Made by a program: the position numbers and the translations under genes | Source: Callorhinchus milii | Taxonomy: Eukaryota | Direction of reading: 5' to 3' | NCBI RefSeq assembly: GCF_018977255.1 | Contig: NW_024705311.1 | Span: 1 to 55,103, forward strand | Length of the DNA stretch: 55,103 nt | Shown here: piece after piece, positions 30,001 to 40,965 of the stretch | Layout of the letters: each line of letters begins with the position of its first letter | Position numbering within the stretch: position 1 is the stretch's first letter | Notes under the pieces: generated by a model | The model's input: only the letters and a program-made list of their open reading frames with translations | Databases searched by the model: none | Told to the model about the DNA's origin: nothing

Positions 30001-33000
30001 GCAAGAGGCGGCTCCCATTAACTGCCTCGTCCGGTGTCCGTAATGGCCCGCATAACGATGTGCACTGACACATCGACACTAGAACTTTATGACTGCACGG
30101 CACGCGCTGATTAGCAATGAACATGGCATCCAATCAGGATATTGTTGGCTTGCTGGTTGGTTAGGCCCATTCCCGCAGTCCCCAATGCTGCCCGGACATG
30201 CAAGGTCAGACACATTTATACGACCGAGCAGATCAAACGAGTTAGGCAACGGCTTAACTCCCTCCGCCATTAGCTATAGGCGGTAACGGCGTCAACTTAT
30301 CTCTACACTACGTCTAAGTAGTCTGACGGGGTACTTACTACCGAGTGCCGGGTAATATGGCTTGGTTAGAGGTGCACATGTGTTGTTGTCCATATCCCGT
30401 CGCCCAGCGGGTTGTCGGTGTTTCTTATTATAATATAATCTATGTTAAGTCCTTCTTGAGCTTTTGGGACGGGTTATGCTCACGTTGGCGCTTCAGTGGT
30501 TTCGTGCAGTTAGTTCTATCTTAGTATATTCGCCAATTGTAAGATTGCGTACTATGACTGCCGTGAGCGCTTCCATCTGCTCACTCTGAATGCGGACAGA
30601 ACCCACCTTAACTATATAGACGTTTGACCATCGTTTGACTCCTACCACTAGTCCCGCAAGTGACCGGTTAGATCCCCTTACGTCTCACGCATACGACACG
30701 TTTCAGGATGTGGTGACATTACAGTACAATTTGTTCTCCGGCCAGGATGAAGGTCGATAATCTAGCGCCTGGGTCACGTTAATGGAGACATGCATGCGCC
30801 CAATTGAAAAAGTTATCAATGACTACTAAGGGTAGGCCCATCATCATAAAAACCCAGATGATGCGTGCCTATATTCCGACGGACCTCTGAAGCACGAAAA
30901 TTAGTATGGGTCTTAAGACGTCGTCTCTACCCCAAAACGTCACCCTACTATCGCGACGTAATATAATAAATCTCAGTGGAAATGAGCATCTGTCCCGTCA
31001 TCTGTCAAACCCAGCATTGCGATTTGTTGGATGACACGCCTCAGAGTTAGCGGGCCACAGAACTCCTGAATGCAGTCGGAATGGAAGGATGAATAGAGTT
31101 ATCCGGATGGAACTCGTGCGAAGGTTGGGAGACGGAAGTTATGAGTAGGGAAACCTAAATTCTCCGAAATGCGTCTTCCACAACCCACTTACCCGGCAAC
31201 TCATCCATAGCCGATGTCCCGAAATTAACGAAAATTGAGCTTCGGAACACTCCGTTTACAACACACCGCCGAAATAAATACCTGCCGGGCCTGCGCAACA
31301 GGATAGCTGGGATATGACCCATCGCGTTGATCGTGGACTAATGTCTGCCACGCATACGGCGCCTAGCGCCTTATACGTTGATGTGTGCATACATAAATTA
31401 GACTAGCCATAAACTTTACTTTTCGCACATAGTAGGAGACCGGCTCACGTAAGGCTAGTACTGTCTCACAATAGCACGTAACATGCAGGACGTAATGGCA
31501 TGGGATCATCCACTCGTCTTATAATCACACAAAAGCGGGATTACTTGTTGGCTCAATATTGATTGGAGACCTGGACAACCCTTGGCTAGCAAAAAATTAA
31601 TAAATGCTTATCGGGCAAAGGATTTTACACCCATACGAGCATTCCAAAGGGGTCCCCAGCACAAATTAGACATGTCCGGAGACTACAAGTTGTTGGACTA
31701 AGGAGTGCGCCCCGGCTTATGTACACGCTTAGTGTTCAAATAATTGGGAACTAATTCGGTCATAAAAGTTACATTACGCTCACTCTGACGGTAGATATAC
31801 AATATACACAAACACGCGGTCTTAGAGCAGGCTACTACTCTCCCACATGAGACACACGTACGATCCACGCTGAGTGGCGATTCCCAAGTATAACTCACCG
31901 GTTTACCTGTGCAGACCCTTCCCGGAAACCAATAAACAAAAGTCTAGACCGGTGTGTCTGCACCATGTAGCAGCCAGCCATTGTATACACGCTCACGTTT
32001 GGAACGAGCGAGGCGACGGAGGTCAATTTATCACGAGATTGGGAACCGACCTCGCCTTGCGCGGGGGGTACGCGATAGACCTTAACTTTCGGCCGTACCT
32101 AGCCAATGCGCAGGCACACCATATATATTTACAAAAGCACGCCCATTACTGTGAATGAGACCAGTAACTTCATGCTCGAACGGAAAATAACTATCTCGTG
32201 CGGGTCGGAATCGGTTATGGGTAAAGGGTCGTCATCCCCGCCCGGTCCTAGAATCCTCGAAAATTATCTCGAGTTTATAGCCAGACCAAGGTATTCTTAT
32301 TGCTTTCTGGTCATGGTCATACGACTAGCCACAATGGCTTGGGGGTGCCCACCCGGTTCCTTTTACCCTGCCCCTCGCCAGGCACCCAGCTTAATGAAGT
32401 AAGGTGCTCACGGTCTTGATAAATGACCGAGTTATTACACTGATAAAATGATGAACCAAGATCTCTCGAGATGTACCCCTAGTACCTGAGACTGATTCCC
32501 CTCAGGCGACGTGGTACCGACAGGGGTGAGCGGTAAGTTTGCTCAAGTGTGAAATGTTGGAGAGGGATGCGGGAACCTACAACCTGCCCATCCAGCGTCG
32601 AACCCTTCACTATAGAATCCCGCTTACCTTATTAGAATGCTTACGGTACTAACCCGCGCATCTATGTGGGTTCACGGATTGGGTAAGTATGACCTCGTTC
32701 CGTGTAGGGCTTCTGGGGCTCTGCTTTGGATAACCAAGAATGTGGCAAAAAACTTTTTAGCAAACGGCACCGTACTGGTAGCACCATCGTTCGACTGAAG
32801 CCACTAATGGGGCCTCGTCGGGTGAATGGTCATATATGGCGCATAGGTTGGGCCTTTAGCCTTGTGCACATTCACGCTAGTGACCGATGCTCTGGGCTAT
32901 ATTGCGCGCTTCGTGGGTACGGACACCAAGACGAGACCGACTGTATCAGCTGTACGCCAATGAGTGTTTATCCGGCTCTGTGGGATAAAGTGGCAATGAG

Positions 33001-35750
33001 GAGGGCCATAACCTACCGGATAAGAGAGCGTTAAGCTGGCAACTGTCAGTGAACCGTCGTTATGGGTTTCCCATTCGGCTTTTGAAGTGACGTCCTTGAC
33101 ATACCCCAAAAAATACGGAGAGTTGGTCGTCATTCTGGAGAAACTTCTGTTGCAAAGAGGCAACTTAATACTGTGCTGAACCGAGATCCACTATGCGTAT
33201 AGCGGAGCGTCGTTCTATATGAATGATTGATGAGGTAGTTGAGGCAGAGCTCTGGAAGACTAGCTTGGGCTGCCGGTTTGGCATATGTGCGCTCTGGGCG
33301 AGATAACAGATTTGAGACATTACTTACTGCCCTTCTGGATAAGCCATGTATTCAAAGCGTATAGGCGGGGCAGCAATGTTCGAATGTCCCATGGCTTTCA
33401 TAGCGCGTCTGACTGGTCAGCCTTCCCTTCACTAATAGCTCGAGAATGGCGACAGTCGTTAGTATACCATAATTCTAGAAAACCTCTGAGTTAGTTCGCG
33501 GGCTTGGTAAGCCGGTAACCTCTATGAGTAGAGAGGTCGTACGGTTGAAACGTTGTACGAGAGATACAACTCCCTATTACCAAGAATGTTCTAACTATGA
33601 TCTTTACGTACGCAACTGGTATGGCTGGAACGAGTCTTTCCTATTCAGGCGTCGGATCTGTATATGGTAGTGGTTTTAGGTACCCACTAGTTGGGGCAGG
33701 ACTAGCTTTGGAGTAGATCGTGTCTATCGTAACCATCGTTGTCCCCTCTTAGCGGAATGTCACATTGACAATTTATCTGACGCATAGGTAGCATCCATCA
33801 TTCCATCCCACATTCCAGAGACAACGTAAGGTGGTGCGCGGGGGAATCTACGGCAGAGGTTTTTGTCCGGTCAAACTCCGGCGGCGCTATCAAGGTACTA
33901 AGAAACGCATGAAGCACAATGAAAATGTAGACATTAGAGTCCTAATTCCACCTCTTTAGACTGGCTAACAGTCCGTAATGTCAGGTTTCAGTTTAGCATC
34001 AACGAACTTGAACCTCGGAGGGTTTGACCGGCCCCAAAGAAGCCGAGCTAGGAATGACAATCTGTCCCCGTACACTGGCGCACACTCGGACGAGTTGGAG
34101 CCGGTCTTTGCTCTCCGATAACAGAACATGAATCGGATAGAATCACGTGTCATTCATTCTAGAGTAGCGTTATGACAAGGTAAGAGGATTGGATTGGAGG
34201 GCACCTGACAATTGACGGTACAAGCGTAGTCGACCCATCCAACACCGAGTCGGATGGCTCGCTTAAGCGTCCTATAACGATTGGACTCTCTGGCTGTGCC
34301 CGAGGGAACTCGGGTGAGCCGGAGTTCGTACCTACGAAATAGCGGTACACTGGACAAGAAATTGAATTTGCAAGTGTAATTGTTCCACATGTACCCTTAA
34401 CTATTCCATGAGCCGAAGCGCGAAGAGCTATCCCAGAAAATCCATAATAGCCAGAGTCCAAGTTCCAGGCTGTCAACCCCCATACTACGTTAGTAGCGCT
34501 TCAGTCCATCGGAGTAATGCGGTACGAATCGGCCGACGATTCCTAAGTATGAGGGTCCTCTCCGGGAGAACTATTCCTTGTCATGTCCGCCACCTGTTGT
34601 CAGAAAACACCGCACATTTTCGACATAGATCATTTGCAACGTTAACTAATAGCATAGCGAGCGGGCGACTGCGACACTCCTCTTATGTCTTAGGCGGATA
34701 TAAAGGATCGTCTCGATGCCCCTTGCGATAAGGGGCCTAATTAGCGTAAAATGGGCACACCCCAAGCATGTCAGTGAGCGAACCCATAAGAGGAACTCCT
34801 TTCGTGCAAAGCTTTATGTTACGGAGATAGGGAGTATCGGCGCGCCCAACGACAGTACACGGCACATCGAGCCGGGATCAGCGGGGGTTCATTGTATCTT
34901 CATCCACGCCACCCACGTGATGCTCTCTAAATGAGTGGGGGGTCGTTGTAGGGAGTGGCATCTCACGAGTCAAATTTACGAACGGGGTTCCAGCTTAAAC
35001 AAATTGGATCGGAACGTCTGACCGAAGACCCGACACGCTCGCCAGTTTAACCGCGGAATTATACCTCCGCTCGGCCGTATAGACGCATATCGTAGTGTCA
35101 ACACGGCACAGCTCTACATCGGAGCGTGTGGTCAACCTTTCTAAGTGCAGCGATGGCCAAACTGGTACAGAACCCGGAATTAGCAAGTACTTTTGGGCCT
35201 TGTTAAAACGCCGTTAAGCCAGACATCCTGAGACCCTGACCGCTGAGTAGTCACACCGATACATGAACTAAGCCAGTAACCTGCGATAGTAACATCGATG
35301 GAGGTGCAGGAATTTAACTATAGTGTTGTATTAGCTGCGCTGTAGTGTATTCGCGGCTAAGGACGACCAGCTGCATGAAGCTTATCATGAGCGCGCAAGC
35401 TTAAAAATTAGAGGCAAGAACAATGGCGACCACTAAATATCGCGGCATCGTTAAATAACTACCTGCAGTGTTCCCCCCGGTCCCATCTCCTGCTAGAGGC
35501 CTGGCCCTCGCGCGACGTGATAGCTATACTACATATCACGACAGGCCGGACCGCATGATCCAGACTATTCTAAGTCAATACAACTCTCCTTAATAAAGCA
35601 GTTTGTCTTGGAATTCACTAATTTCGAGTATTCATGGTAGTGGGATCCATCAGACCGTTGCTATGGGACCATTGCAAATACGACTACAGCAAGGCTACAT
35701 CTGACACAGACAAACGCGGATAAGTGCTCGCAATAACCTAGCCTAATAAC
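1..35750. other. Featureless, random-like sequence (probable synthetic or shuffled filler)
   Basis: By eye: near-uniform base use, abundant CG and TA dinucleotides, almost no homopolymer or microsatellite runs, and no repeats found. All ORFs are 164 aa or shorter with no recognisable motifs. Character changes abruptly near 35,760. Not computed; boundary uncertain by about 100 bp. Confidence 0.8.
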
Positions 35751-35764
35751 TGCATGCTTCGTTT

Positions 35765-35920
35765 AGGGTGCCAATAAATGAAAACTGAAAACTGTTAAGA
35801 GTGTAAACCCACAACATTTACCATTCGAGTATGACGACGTTTCGCTGGTGATTACAACCAGCCTCATCAGGCACCTAGCTGTCAGTGTGCACTGTTGCAC
35901 TTCAATGCGCGTGCACATTA
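35765..35920 (-). mobile_element. Probable Penelope-like pLTR fragment carrying the family B hammerhead
   Basis: On the minus strand the HHR is followed by a T-rich tract (GGTTTACACTCTTAACAGTTTTCAGTTTTCATTTATT) and preceded by a TGTGCAC/GTGCACA hairpin (35886-35917). This is the same layout as family A. Ends are undefined and no TSD was seen. Confidence 0.5.
35829..35876 (-). ncRNA. Minimal type I hammerhead ribozyme, PLE-type (family B)
   Basis: Minus strand reads GGTGC-CTGATGA-G-GCTGGT-TGTAATC-ACCAGC-GAAA-CG-TC^GTCATAC. It has the canonical CUGAUGA (35870-35864) and GAAA (35843-35840) boxes, a perfect 6-bp stem II, a palindromic ACGU minimal stem III and a GUC cleavage triplet (cut between 35836 and 35835). 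Stem I is weak. Confidence 0.8.
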
Positions 35921-38570
35921 AGCCTTGAATGTAGAAAGTGGCCCACTGCGTATTTGTCCACAATGATCTACTTTTGTAACAGTTGGCTGCATCAGGAAGC
36001 CAAACGAGTAGGCAGGCCCGGATGAGCACATGGCCATATCTCAGTGGCAGCGATTTCAACATCCCGTGTCCTCTTTCCCAGGCAAATGAAAAATAGGACT
36101 GGGTGTTCAAATTCAGTCACATTATATCCCTTAATTATCTGCAAGGGCTGACGAGCATTAGATAGACCTTGCAATGAAATTTGGCCTTTTTGCAAATTCA
36201 GCAAAACACAGGTCTCGTCAAAATTGTAAGGCCAGAGAAGTCCCTTTTAAACGTGGCCGTTTGTTGGTTGAACTTACTTGAAACCTAACTGAACAAGTGT
36301 GTTTTTTTTTAGCATGTACGGAAGGTGAAACACAGGTCGCCGTAATGCTAAATCCAACCGTTCGGTTAAAAAGTGACAAGCCGCACCTCAGGCAGCCACA
36401 ACACACGAGGGAGCTGTGCAGAACGCGCCTAGAAGGCAGGCGGAAGTTATAATCAGCAGAGCTCTGGCCACAATTCAATGATCTCACGGTGATGGCAACG
36501 GCCTACGGTAGAGAGATGGGGACATGCAACAACAAAAAATCACCCAGCCCAAGAAGGCAGTGTGCCACAGACACAGCTGTCATGTGAAGCTGAAAGACCT
36601 GAGATTTCAGTTTAGAACTGCTGCTCGTTTAATTTGGTTTGGAGGCCTCAGTGGCACGTGGGCACAGCATGTAAAGGGGCGCATGGATGGACGCTCACAA
36701 TTCAGGCACCGGGTCTGTGGTGCAGCGCAGCGTTTGCACGCTCACGTTATTATTAATACAAGGAGCATGGGGCACGATGCTTGTATTTTGAGCTCGTACG
36801 ATGAATCTAAGAGGCTGATTAATCAACTAAAATTATAAGCGGCTACTTGGTGTGGTTCATCGCTTGAACCCATTATAAAACAGCAGTCATCCCAACACCC
36901 TGCCTTCCGTAGGCAGGAAACTGCCCTGCAAGACACGCCCAATGTGACGTGACTGATGCCAATAAGCTCACCAAACCCTCCCCCGATCACCTCCCATCCA
37001 TTGGCACGTGGGGAGAGATGACACTTTTCCCAACTATGTTGGTCTGCTTCTATTAGTCGAGTAATCAAATTAAAAACCTGCGTTACTTAAATAATTAATC
37101 GAACAGGCCAACGTTAGTGTATATATATATATACATGCCTTATCTCTGTTAATTGATACTTCAAATAATAAAGGCAAAATACAAAATGTGGCAATTATCT
37201 GCACTGAAGTGTTTGAAGGAGTAATCCCTTTGGTTGAAACCTATGGTTCACATACCTATAGTAGAGCACCAGTCTCTCCAGACGACAAATCTTGACTAAT
37301 GACAAAATGGTACCAATTTAATCTACTTCAGAGCTAGGATAAGTTGAATTAACCTCCAACGAGGAAAGATACTGTTGGTTGAACGCATTAGCCACAGCAC
37401 CAGATGGCTGGATCATTTAGATAATCATGAACGTCAGATATAAATGAATGTACATTTACATGAACATCAACGTTACTGGTAATCATTTTTTTTTTATCAA
37501 GAGCAAAAATACTGAACAAGAACAAACTTTCTTTCCCGGTCAAAATTTAAAGGTCACATACAGGACTTTGGCACTCAGCATTATTCTTATTGTTATACTT
37601 GCAAGTCTCGTTGAAAAAAGTATATATACTTATGCAATGTGTGTTCTTCTGGTAAAATATTTTGCTCCCAAATAACATGTCCAGATTAAGAAGAGAAGCT
37701 AGGAAAGCACACAAACAACTAGACACAGCAGGCTACACGGGGTAAAATAAACGCATGCGTGCAATGGAAATAAATAAATAAAGGCCACCCTATAAAATTC
37801 CTGGCAAAATAACTCAAGGTCACTCGCACAGGGCACGGGAAAAAAAACGTTGGTCACCAAAACATGGCACTCCTTTGAGCAGGCTGTATTTTTCATTTCA
37901 TATATTTTTTTTTGAGATCACCCCAACTTGTCAAAGATTTTCACGTGAAATGTGGGGGGGGGGGGGGAGGAGACGGCCACATTTCTCCGGGCCAAAAGAC
38001 TCCAGCGACCGTGGCTCGCCGAGAGCACCCGAGCGGGGATGCGCTGCCCTCGATTTCCCCGGCGAAAAATTGCAGCCAAGTAAAACCTGTCAGCGTGCAC
38101 CACACTGAATGTTCGCATCTTCCTCCGTACAGCGAAAATAGGGAGGGCGGGCGTGCAGCTACTCCGCGCATCGACACACTATTTCCCACCCCTCTCTCTC
38201 TTGCTCCTCTGGCAGCAGCTCATGACTGCATCTGTACAAGTTACGCAACACATGGCCTGGCTACATGGGAGGATGACAACGGTGCTGGGGAAAGGCCCTG
38301 GGCGAGCAGAAGCAATGAGCAGTGGAGTGTGGGTGAATACGAGGCGTAGCCATCACCCCCCCCACCCCCCGTGCGTACGCCGCATCAGCACGGCTGCCTT
38401 GGAGGCTGGAGATTGCGGGCGTTTGTTGCCGAGCATCGAACCCCGCGAGCCCCACACGTCCCACCGTGAAGGGGGGGGAGCACCCGTGCATGCCAGGCGG
38501 CCAGGTGCCGGGTGTCGGCCCAAACATCCATCGACAGCCGCCCCTGCGCACATTCCCATAACAGCCTCGC

Positions 38571-38648
38571 GGTGGGGAGCGGTGAGTGGATGGGGAGGTG
38601 GGGAGCGGTGAGTGGGTAGGGAGCGGTGAGTGGGTGGGTGGGTGGAGG
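38571..38648 (+). repeat. G-rich minisatellite (GGGAGCGGTGAGTGG x3, ending in GGGT repeats)
   Basis: Exact 15-mer at 38575-38589, 38601-38615 and 38619-38633; the third copy runs into (GGGT)3. Confidence 0.85.
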
Positions 38649-39472
38649 TAAAGCTAATTTTTCAGCAACGATCTCGCTCCAGCCCTGGGACTACAATCTC
38701 GTTGTGACCTCTCACCCGCAGCTGCGTTGCACCAAGTCAAGCACACCGTGGCCAACGCTGAATAACGTGCCAAGAGAGAAGAGACTGAGAGAAGAACCCA
38801 TACCTCCATAAATCAAACTACATTGCAATCTGTGATTGATCTGTAAAATAGATTTGTTTTTTTTCTTTCTGTTGTACACACTGTCCTTATATGCTTTTTG
38901 TTTTCTTATTAAAATACAATTTTTCTTAATAACATTGCGTGAAGGTGAGATGGCACCTACTACAATTAATCTATGGTTTAAATCACACTCTGCTTGTTGT
39001 GTTTTACAAATAACACTTAAAAAGGGTGTTAGAACACATTTTACGAACAAAATAATACACTTGTACAGAATGACCAATCTATAGTACAGTTAATTAAAGG
39101 GTTACTACTGTATCTGTAAATAATTTGAGCATATATCACCAAATACTCAAATACAATATCGATTGTTCTTGAAACGTTTTCACCATCCTTTGCAGCTCAT
39201 TAACTTTGCGTACTTTGAATGTAATACCTTCCAGCCTTTACACTGAATGTTAAGCAATGTTCCGATGCCATTAAAAATGTATATCACGTAAATGTAGGAA
39301 ATAATTTCGAACGAATAATAAATATGCTGCTGCGAATGTTTTTTGTTTTGCAACAGATTATGTGATACTTTCTCCGAGCCGACACGTTATACAACTCATT
39401 CTTCAGCGGAAAATAAATGAAATAAGCACGAGGATTTGTCACAGCGCAGCACATACGTATAACTATAACACT

Positions 39473-39707
39473 CTTCTTGGTTTTTTTGGTAAAGTCACGT
39501 AGAAGGGAAGTAATAAAATAATAAAAATAAAACATAATAAAAGAATTCTCACGACGTTTGGGCTACAACGCAAGCAGCCGTCTTGTAGCCGAAACGTCGT
39601 GAGAATTATTTTATTATGTTTTATTTTTATTACTTCCCTTCTACGTGACTTTACCGAAAAAAACCAAGAAGATGAATCCCTGCAGTCACGAAAGCTTTAA
39701 ATCGAAA
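39473..39707. mobile_element. Penelope-like mini-insertion, family A copy 1 (inverted pLTR fragments plus 34-nt tail)
   Basis: Arms 39472-39568 and 39583-39672 are near-perfect inverted repeats. The right arm continues into the tail GAATCCCTGCAGTCACGAAAGCTTTAAATCGAAA (39674-39707). Both arms are truncated inside the HHR. Flanking direct repeat AACTATAA(C/A)ACT lies at 39461-39472 and 39706-39717. Homologous to the copies at 46.7 kb and 50.9 kb. Confidence 0.8.
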
Positions 39708-39713
39708 CTATAA

Positions 39714-40161
39714 AACTGGTCAACAACAAAAAAAACATTTTTTTTCTGGCCTGGACTTTTGCAGCTGTTTTAGGCTAATTTCAGGGTGCGGATTCCAAAT
39801 CCGATCTCAGATTTGCTCTATCACATCTCATTTTTATGCTATCGGCATACCCCATTTTCATTAATTTTACCCGAAATTAACTCTGTCACTTATGATTGCA
39901 AGTTGTTGCGAGTCAGTGACTGCTTTAGTGTTAAAATATGGTGCTGTATTTTTAGGATAGTGTGTTTATAATATAATTTTATGTAGATATCCACATTTAT
40001 TTAATATTTTTCTTCTCCAGTTTTTATTGAAAATTCAATATTTGATATCTCAAAAACCTGATGTGATAGACAAAAACTGATGCCAGATTTGGAATCAGCA
40101 CCCCAAAATTACCTTAAGACCGATGGAATACCTTATGCCAGAAAAAGTGTGTTGACCAGTG
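39714..40161. mobile_element. Non-autonomous DNA transposon (MITE), Chapaev3-like
   Basis: Termini are (C)ACTGGTCAACA...TGTTGACCAGTG, with the initial C preserved in the upstream TSD copy at 39469. Further inverted pairs: TTTTTCTGGC/GCCAGAAAAA, 39784-39803 vs 40084-40103 (18/20), and 39818-39827 vs 40060-40069 (10/10). Flanks are TAA and TCA. CAC...GTG ends with a 3-bp TSD fit Chapaev3. Confidence 0.75.
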
Positions 40162-40761
40162 TCATTTATGATTTGTTAAAGAAGTGGGACGAATGGATAC
40201 ACCGATGTCAGATAATATGAATAAGCTACAGTTTTGTAACAGATTACATAAAATCTTAAATTGGAAAATTTTAAAAAGGTAGCCACAGGGTGGTCTATCT
40301 ACGGATACCCCCACGAACATAATATGGAGAGATTATAGTTGGCACCATTTGATTTTCTAAGCCTCGATGTCTCCCACCAATCTCAATACACTCATTAAAT
40401 CGTTTAACTCTCTCTTATGTAATATATGGCGCCAATCTCTTTCACCAAAAGACCCAAAGAATATAATATTCAATCAGCTCTTGAGAACGTCAGTATAAAT
40501 CAGTGCGGTATCTATAAATGGATCACGCAATATACTACATATGCATATTAACCAACATGTACAGAACATAGAAACGAGAGCACGTGGGGGGAGAGGCAGA
40601 CAAGACAGACAGGCACACCGCATAGCACGTTGTTGCTCTACCGGGGAGGAAACAAACCTAAACGTCAACAACAATAAAAAAATGCTTTTGCTCGAGGCAT
40701 GTGCAACCCTTCGACCAGCAGCAAAGGTCTGGAGGCCACACGTACATTGCGACTATTCCTA

Positions 40762-40965
40762 GGCTGGCACAGCTGTACAGCGAGTGGCCAAGCAATCTAA
40801 AGGTTACGAGTTCAAAACCTGGTTGGGTGTGACTCAGTCTATCATCCCTCTTGGGTCGATAAGTGCGAGAGTGACCCCCCCCCCGCCAACACGGGAACGT
40901 GAAAATGTCGTCCACTGGCTCAGGGCAGAAAACAGGAGATCGGCACTGCTCATTTGAGCAGAAAA
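40762..40965 (+). mobile_element. Degenerate tRNA-derived SINE with a Meta/MESC-like central domain
   Basis: B-box-like GAGTTCAAAACC at 40808-40819 is followed by TGACTCAGTCTATCATCCCTCTTGGGTCGATAAGTG (40830-40865). This resembles the recalled SINE core ACTCAGCCTTYCATCCYTYCGGGGTCGRTAAATG. The 3' end is approximate. Confidence 0.6.

Noticed and set aside
243..35186. About 100 ORFs of 60-164 aa in the left part, including 14198-14692 (164 aa)
   Set aside because: Lengths and Arg/Ser/Leu-rich composition fit chance ORFs. They show no domains, operon packing or consistent RBS or splice signals.
37912..38611. Overlapping 145 aa and 152 aa ORFs in the GC-rich block
   Set aside because: High GC explains the lack of stops. 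The translations run through poly-G tracts and show no recognisable protein.
39472..39672. Long hairpin as a MITE, pre-miRNA or terminator
   Set aside because: The same sequence occurs as a single arm at 46.7 kb and with different arm lengths at 50.9 kb. It also carries HHR remnants and a one-sided tail, which fits PLE inversion better.
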